From the NCBI RefSeq assembly GCF_009914755.1, contig NC_060948.1: a DNA stretch of 64,000 bases; one strand, written 5' to 3'. The stretch's first letter is position 1, and each line of letters begins with the position of its first letter. The notes beneath the pieces are model-generated. The model ran no database searches. It saw only the letters and a program-made list of their open reading frames with translations, and was not told the origin of the DNA. Source of the stretch: the human T2T-CHM13v2.0 reference genome, Homo sapiens. Positions 57,079 to 64,000 of this stretch are shown here, piece by piece. Position numbers and translations under genes: made by a program.

Positions 57079-58444
57079 CTATCTATCTATATTTATACAC
57101 ACGGACACACATATCTTTGAGATATTTATGTATCTTCAGGAAATAGTGACTTTCCTGAAGATATGTAAATTGCTTATATATATTTTTTACCCTTTGATAA
57201 ATGCCTATTGCTCCTTCTTTCACTCTTCAAATAAATCTCCTTTAAATTTCATAATTTGCAATGTAAGATGTGCATAATACTATCTGTTTTGTAATCCTTA
57301 AAGTGCATAAATCCACTTTCTGTCAATATCAGTAATGAGTCAGCAATAAGTGCTTATCAGAAAAAGCAATTCCACACTACATCCTACCTAAGTTCTCATC
57401 TATCCCAGTCAGAAGTATTATCTTAATGAAGAGTAATTGAAGGAGAATTAGCTTACCTACCTTCTAGATTTCTAAAATATCAGGAAATTGCATAGTCTGT
57501 GTATTTGCACAATGGTTTCTATTTGTTTGATTTTGCTAGCTCCACATGAAACTCAAATTTTTCATGGTCACTAAAAGTAAAAATTAAAAGTAATGGCAAA
57601 AACCACAATTACTTTTTCACCAGCCTAATATATCATCATCACAAGTTGAAGAGTACAGCACACACGTCCTTAAAACTAGCCCTTTCATAGATTGTAAGGA
57701 TATGTTATCATATGTACTATAACAAGTATATGACATTTCCCTGTTCCCTAACATTATGGCCCCAGCCTGCTTTCCCTTCAATCTTCTCTGTCACATTTTT
57801 TTCTCAAACTTGGTGTGCATCCCCTGAACTTGGGAATATCTGACTCTCTCCTGAGAATAGGAAACTGCTTTGTGGTGCAGAGAACAGGGCTGTGCCTGAA
57901 AATATACTTCCTCCTATCATCAGGGCGATGGCATGTGGATTGTAATAAGAGGAGCAGGGTGAACCCCATACATCTGCGTTGTCTTGAGAACATCTTAAAG
58001 TGATGAGTTCCCACCTGTGCAGCCTGCAAATGCAGCTTCCCCTCTCTGCTCTTGCCCTCCAAGAGCAGAAGTGGAGGTTTCAGAGTTCCCGTCCTGAAGA
58101 GCAACACATACTGCCTTTGTCCATGAGTGACAGGAAATAGCAAAGAGCCCACAAATGGGTCCAATAGAAAATGTTTCAGTCTTGACCATAAGTTAATTCC
58201 AGAAAGCAAAGAAAGAGTCATCAATTACAGTGGCATGATATCTGCTGAGGAAGACCCTACTGAGGCTCTTACCTCTCCTTCCTCATTGTAGATCCTGATA
58301 TTAAAAAATAAATAAATAAGCCACCAAGCAGAGAAGAAGGAGAGAGAAAAAAAAAGAGACATCATTCCCTTCCCATATACTTAAACTGACCATTCTTCAT
58401 CAAGCTATGTGCACTTGGGGAAAAGGAGAAGCTGTAAATTTATT

Positions 58445-58654
58445 TTGTGTTTTATTGTTGTGGTTTTGGGTTTTTTGTTGTGGTGGTTGAGATAGGGTCT
58501 TGCTGGGTCACTCAAGCCAGAGTGCAGTGGCATGATCACAGCTCAATTTCTTGGGCTCAAGCAATCCTCCCACCTCAGCCTCCCTATTAGCTGGGACTTC
58601 AGGCATGTGCCACCATGCCTGGCTATTTTTTTTTTATTTTCATTATTTATCTAT

Positions 58655-58693
<39 letters not shown>

Positions 58694-59255
58694 TTTTGTA
58701 GACATGTGCTATAGCTAGGTTTTCCAGGCTGATCTGTCAACTCCTGGGCTCAAGCAATCCTCTCATCTTGGTGTCTCTTACAATTTCAGCTGTGAATTTA
58801 AATCAAGATGATTTTTCTTGGCTGGGTGCATTGATTGACACCTGTAATCCCACTGCTTTGGGAGGCTGTCTCAGGGAGGATTTCTTGAGCCCAGGAGTTT
58901 GAGACCAACCTGAGAAACATAGAGAGATCCCAGCTCTGGAAAAAAAAAAAAATAGCTGGGCATGGTGGTGGTGCACTTAAAGTCTCATCTACCTCGGGGG
59001 CTGACTTGAGCCCAGGAAGTCAAGGCTGCAGTGAGCTATGATCATGCCACTGCAATACAACCTGGGTGACAGAGCGAGAACCTAACTCTGAAAAAAATAT
59101 ATAGAAATTACATCGTGCTGTGCCTGTACTCCCAGCTATTCAGAAGGCTAATGTAGAAGGATTGCTTGAGTCAGGAAGTCGAGGCTGTAGTAAGCTATAA
59201 TTGTGCCACTGCACCCCAGCCTGGGTGACAGAGTAAGACCTTATCTCTAAAAATA
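58445..59255. mobile_element. Head-to-head AluJ cluster (minus 58445-58771; plus 58820-59100; extra right monomer 59110-59255)
   Basis: Alu similarity in both orientations, separated by about 48 bp of unique sequence. Confidence 0.85.
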
Positions 59256-61345
59256 TAAGCTAAAATAGGATGCTTTTTCTTTAACTTTTTTTTTGTCTGT
59301 AACTGGACATCTCTTATAAGTGAATGATGAACTGTATGATCAAAGCCTACAGAAAAAGCAAGATTCCTCTCATGGGGGGAGTTTCCATTAACAGTAAAAG
59401 GCAACATGAGAATGTGCTCTGATTGTATTTCAGGAAGGAAAGAACTAGCCATATGCTTGATGAATATTTATCAGGTTCTGACTAAAACCCCAGACTGTGC
59501 TAAGTACAAGGGGAAATGAGAGAAATGAGACATGGTGTATCTGCTGGATGAGCTCATTGTCTTAGAGAAAGTACAGACAGAAATCCAGGGACAGAGAGAA
59601 TGTTTTGCCCCCACCTCATGCTGCATGGTAAATGATGAATCTAGTGTGAACTGAATGGTTCCTAACCCTAGCAGGCAATATCCTAATTAATTAAAGGAAC
59701 AATGCTTTATTTTTCATTCTAAGAAAAAAAATTAAAGGAAAATTAGTTTACCTTTACTTGCAATAGACCATTCTAAAAGCATGTCTTGTGCAGCTATTCT
59801 AGAAAGTAGAATGAGCATTATACTAGGTACTTTGGAATGAATGGATCGTTTTTAAAAAAAATCTTGGTTATAATTAAAAGTGATTGGGAAGACAAAGTGA
59901 ATGTCCCTAAAACAATAGGTAATATTGTTGCCTATTTGAATGTATTTACCTGTGACTTCCAAGCAATTACAATAAATGCTTCACAGTTTTATGAGGGTTG
60001 GAGCCAACTTGATTGGTAAAATCTTCAAAAACAAAGTAGGATTTGCAGAATAATTAGGATTTATCTCAAAATAAGGAAGAAGATAAGTTCTATAGCAGAA
60101 GACGATAAAATGAGTCAAGGCATTAAGAGTTAGAAGGGAATATTTTTAGAGACCTTGCTTAAAGCAGACTGACAAAAAGTTGAGTTTGTACAATACAGGG
60201 AGTCAACACTCATTTGTCAAAGTAGAAAAGTGAAAATTATAAGAAATCCAGAAATCCAGAAGAAATTTATATTTATAATTGAACAATGGAAAAGTATAGT
60301 AGGGTTTGGAGCAGAAAATGTCAATAAGCATTTCAGTAAGATGAAATTTATAGAAGAAATTGCCAGTTAACAGAAATAAGAGAATGTTCAGTCAATTAGG
60401 TTCATTGAGAAGCTACTGGCTTCATTTACAGAAGAGGGTGAGTGTGAGAAGTAAAGGTGGAATTAATGGAAAGGAAGACCTGTACGATTTGCACTTCCAC
60501 CAACATAGCAGACTGATTATGCCCAACCAACATTCTTGCTAAAGAGGTCATCGAAGTTCTAGAAAAAGTGGAATGTTCTTTAGAAGACATATCTGATTCT
60601 AAGAAAGCAGAAGTCATTAATTGCTAGGAGGTAGAAACACAATAGGTCAGGAAACCTGGGTGTTTAGAAGATTTTAAATGTCTTTGAGGGCCTCAGTCAT
60701 TATCAGGATAGAGAATAAAGAAGATACTGATCTTGTACTGAGGATGGGGTTGGAATTGAAAGCATTTTGTTCAGAAACTCAAAAGAGTATTCTGCCAGTC
60801 TGGTATTGGACTAGAAAAGATATCTGACAGCTAATACAAGAAAAAAATAGAAAAACGTACCCTTTAGACCAAAATCCAGGCTGGAAAAATGTCTCCTCTA
60901 ATGAATTTGTACTTTCAGAATTGTCCCTACAAAGATTTGGGCGTTAGACCTTGCCTTAGCTGCACAATTTAAGAAGATCCAAGACAATAACTGGACTTCC
61001 GATGGTGCCACGTTGTTAACGCTCAGGACGCTTACATCTGGGAAGGTGGTTCCCCCCCTGGAAAACTGGCCATAAGGATTCTTATAGATGCACAGGTTAA
61101 CAATCATGCAAACTCAAATTAAAAACCACACAAGGAAACAAGCCACCAAGAACAAGAGTTAGCTGTAGAAGCAAACAACATGTTAGACCTTCAAGGAATT
61201 TGAACTTTTGGATGCTCAATCATAGAATGTAACACCTCACATATGTAGAATTTTGGATGTAACTCAAATACATTTAGGATGTTTACAGCAACAAGCAGGA
61301 AACAGACTGAATGAACAGGACATCAAGGTAAAAAAAAAAAAAAGA

Positions 61346-61541
61346 CAAGCAATCGTCCCTAAGACAGCGTCCCAAAGCAGTGGGATTACAGGTATCAATT
61401 GCTGCACCCAGCCAAGAAAAATCATCTTGATTTAAGTTCACAGCTGAAATTGTTGTAAAGAGACCCAAGATGGGAGGATTGCTTGAGCCCAGGAGTTGGG
61501 ATACCAGCCTGGAAAACCTAGCTAGATACCATGTCTACAAA
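61346..61541 (-). repeat. Inverted dispersed copy of 58695-58887
   Basis: The reverse complement aligns through both Alu heads and the unique spacer CAATTTCAGCTGTGAA(T/C)TTAAATCAAGATGATTTTTCTT. Confidence 0.95.
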
Positions 61542-61818
61542 TGAACAAAAAAATGCTACAAACAAAGAACAAATGAACAAATAAATGACACAAACAACTG
61601 AGCAAACAAATGAACAAACATAAGACACAACACATAGGCATTTGTGACTATGTATTAAAATTAAAACAGTGCAGATTAAATAGAAGGTAAGATGGAGCTG
61701 AAGAAAATTATTAGTGTATTATAAATTATATCTTAAATATAATACAAAAATGCAACAGAAAGAGACAAAGAATGGAACATAAGGGTGAGAAGACAATGAG
61801 AACGAAAACATGAGTTTT

Positions 61819-62068
61819 AGGCCAGGTGTGGTGCCTCATGGATGAAATGCTAGCACTTTGGGAGGTCAAGGAATGCTGATCGCTTGAGCCCAAGAGTTCA
61901 AGACAAGCCTGGTCAACATGGTGAGACCCTGTCTGTACAAAAAATACAAAAATTAGTTTGTCATGATGACATGTAGCTGTGGTCTCAGCTACTGGTGAGC
62001 TGAGATCATGCCACTATACTCCAGCCTGGGTGACAAAGCAGGACTCCATTTCAAAAAAAAAAAAAAAG
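61819..62068 (+). mobile_element. AluJ element with an internal deletion
   Basis: Alu similarity with a shortened right arm and poly-A tail. Confidence 0.85.
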
Positions 62069-63447
62069 GAAAAATATATCTGATATACATCAGATACAAA
62101 TCTTAAAACCCAGAAAAGCAAGAGTGAGCTGGGAAGCATAGCTGGAAAGAGCTAATAGTTATGAAAGCTGTGACTCTCCAGATTCAGAAAGCTCATAAAA
62201 TACATTCACAAAGTACATAAATTAAGAAGAAATTTATATTTAGCTGGAATGTAGGGAGCTGGCAAATTATGCAAGTCATAGAGGTGATATTCAAAACAGC
62301 CAGGGGTGGGAAAGGAGCCATTCCTTACAAAAGTCAACCATTAAGCAGGCTTCTCAACAGCAATGATTGGAAGCCAGGAAGCAGTGAATAAAGTGTCTTC
62401 AATACCCTGCAAAGGAATTATCATCAACCTAGAGTATTTACCTACAGCAAAAACAGTACATAAAGTTGTCAAGAAAAACATCCAAGACAAAGTCAATTAT
62501 ACACAAAGAAAAGCATTTACCTCAGAAACAAGGAAAACAACTCAGAGTGAGACTAGTGAGTGAGGAAATTGATAAATGCTATTTAATTTCCACAAATATT
62601 AAGTATAGTAAGCAAAAATAATAATGTCTAATTTGGAGAATAATCAAAAAATATAGGAGAGAAGGGGTAGGAAGAACTTAGAAGATGCAAAGGAGGTGTT
62701 TGGAATTTAATTATTCTCAATTTTATGTGATATTTCATAGGATGGCAGAAATACAGATTGCATTTAAACTCTCTGAGTATTCAAAAACTTAAGGGTAACT
62801 GATAATAGGATAAAAACAAAGTATAAGCTTTCAAACAAAGAGAGAGGCAGATGAAGTTACATAGAGCAAATTGTTTGACAATAAAAATAAATCTACAGGA
62901 CAAATAGCACCGATTACAATGGGAGAAATTAAACTTTAGAATAAATGTAAATGGACTCAATACAACTGTTAAAGGTGAGAACTTGACATTTGATTTTTAA
63001 ACATCTCATTATGTTTAGCTGTAAAAAGCCATCTGTTAAACATTCAGGACACATAAAATTTTGAAAGTAACAAGTGAGAAAGAGAAATGCCAGGAAAATA
63101 GTAACCAAAACCCTGTTATTCTACCAGTATTAATATTATAAGATCTCCAGGTAAAAATCTTTAGTAAAGAGGTAGCATATCAGAACATCAAAATAAAAGT
63201 TAAACTCACCAGGAAATACTTAAAAACAATCCTAGTTTATATATGGCAAATACACACCAAGGAGCAGAAATGTTCCCCAGTGAACTTTGAAAAAGAAATA
63301 CAAAAGTAAGACTGTTGTACAAAGGAAAAAGGAGAAAGATCAAAAAGAGGGATATATCATTGAAGATATTGGGAACAGAGGATGTATGTCATTACAAAAG
63401 AAAAAATGGGTGTCATCACCTCAAATTGGACTATTTAAGAAAGAGGT

Positions 63448-63811
<364 letters not shown>

Positions 63812-64000
63812 TTAATTAAGGCTAATATTTTGGGGGTGGCCATGATTCAAACTATCTTTGAGGAGTTCCTCATAGGCATAGAAGGTGGAATTTTGAATGT
63901 GCCCACTTGAGATATATAAATATAGGTAGGTATAGATACATTGCATTGCTTCAGATTCTCCATGAAAAAATTACTTAAGCACAGTAGGCATTTTCAAAAA

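Larger units (their letters stand above)
60480..63440 (+). mobile_element. Ancient L1M(E) fossil (5' region, ORF1, ORF2 start) with later insertions
   Basis: A-rich; AATGTAAATGGACTCAAT (NVNGLN) at ~62944 and ATCAACCTAGAGTATTTACCTACAGCAAAA ORF1-like motif. Confidence 0.65.

Noticed and set aside
57778-58224. 148-aa minus-strand ORF in apparently unique DNA
   Set aside because: No recognisable domain or convincing splice context; the track's first codon is not ATG.
60920-61070. Locally CpG-richer stretch suspected of being a foreign insert or exon
   Set aside because: It fits the degenerate 5' region of the surrounding ancient L1M, with no ORF homology or boundary signals.

Overview
Primate (human-like), AT-rich, CpG-depleted genomic DNA with no recognisable cellular exon or RNA gene. 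The window is a retroelement graveyard. On the minus strand it holds (i) a ~9.5 kb fused provirus in which a HERV-H (LTR7 5' LTR, His PBS, gag-pro-pol) is joined at ~9876 to the 3' part of a HERV9 (gag end-pro-pol-env, ~70 bp LTR12 stub); (ii) a HERV-K(HML-8)/MER11A provirus lacking RT/RNase H and its 3' LTR; and (iii) a full-length dead L1PA3/4 with target-site duplications. Around these lie about 17 Alus, solo LTRs (MER4-type, LTR10, THE1/MST, MLT1/2), DNA transposon fossils and microsatellites. The ORFs in the track are decayed retroelement genes or noise. The most unusual signal is a cluster of locally templated copies: three short dispersed duplications (123 bp direct, ~195 bp inverted, ~91 bp direct), a near-perfect 116-bp-arm palindrome built from young L1 3' ends, and many tandem duplications. 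A Y-chromosome or Xp22.3-like origin is suspected but cannot be shown from the sequence. Subfamily calls rest on recalled consensus sequences, and identities are counted by eye.
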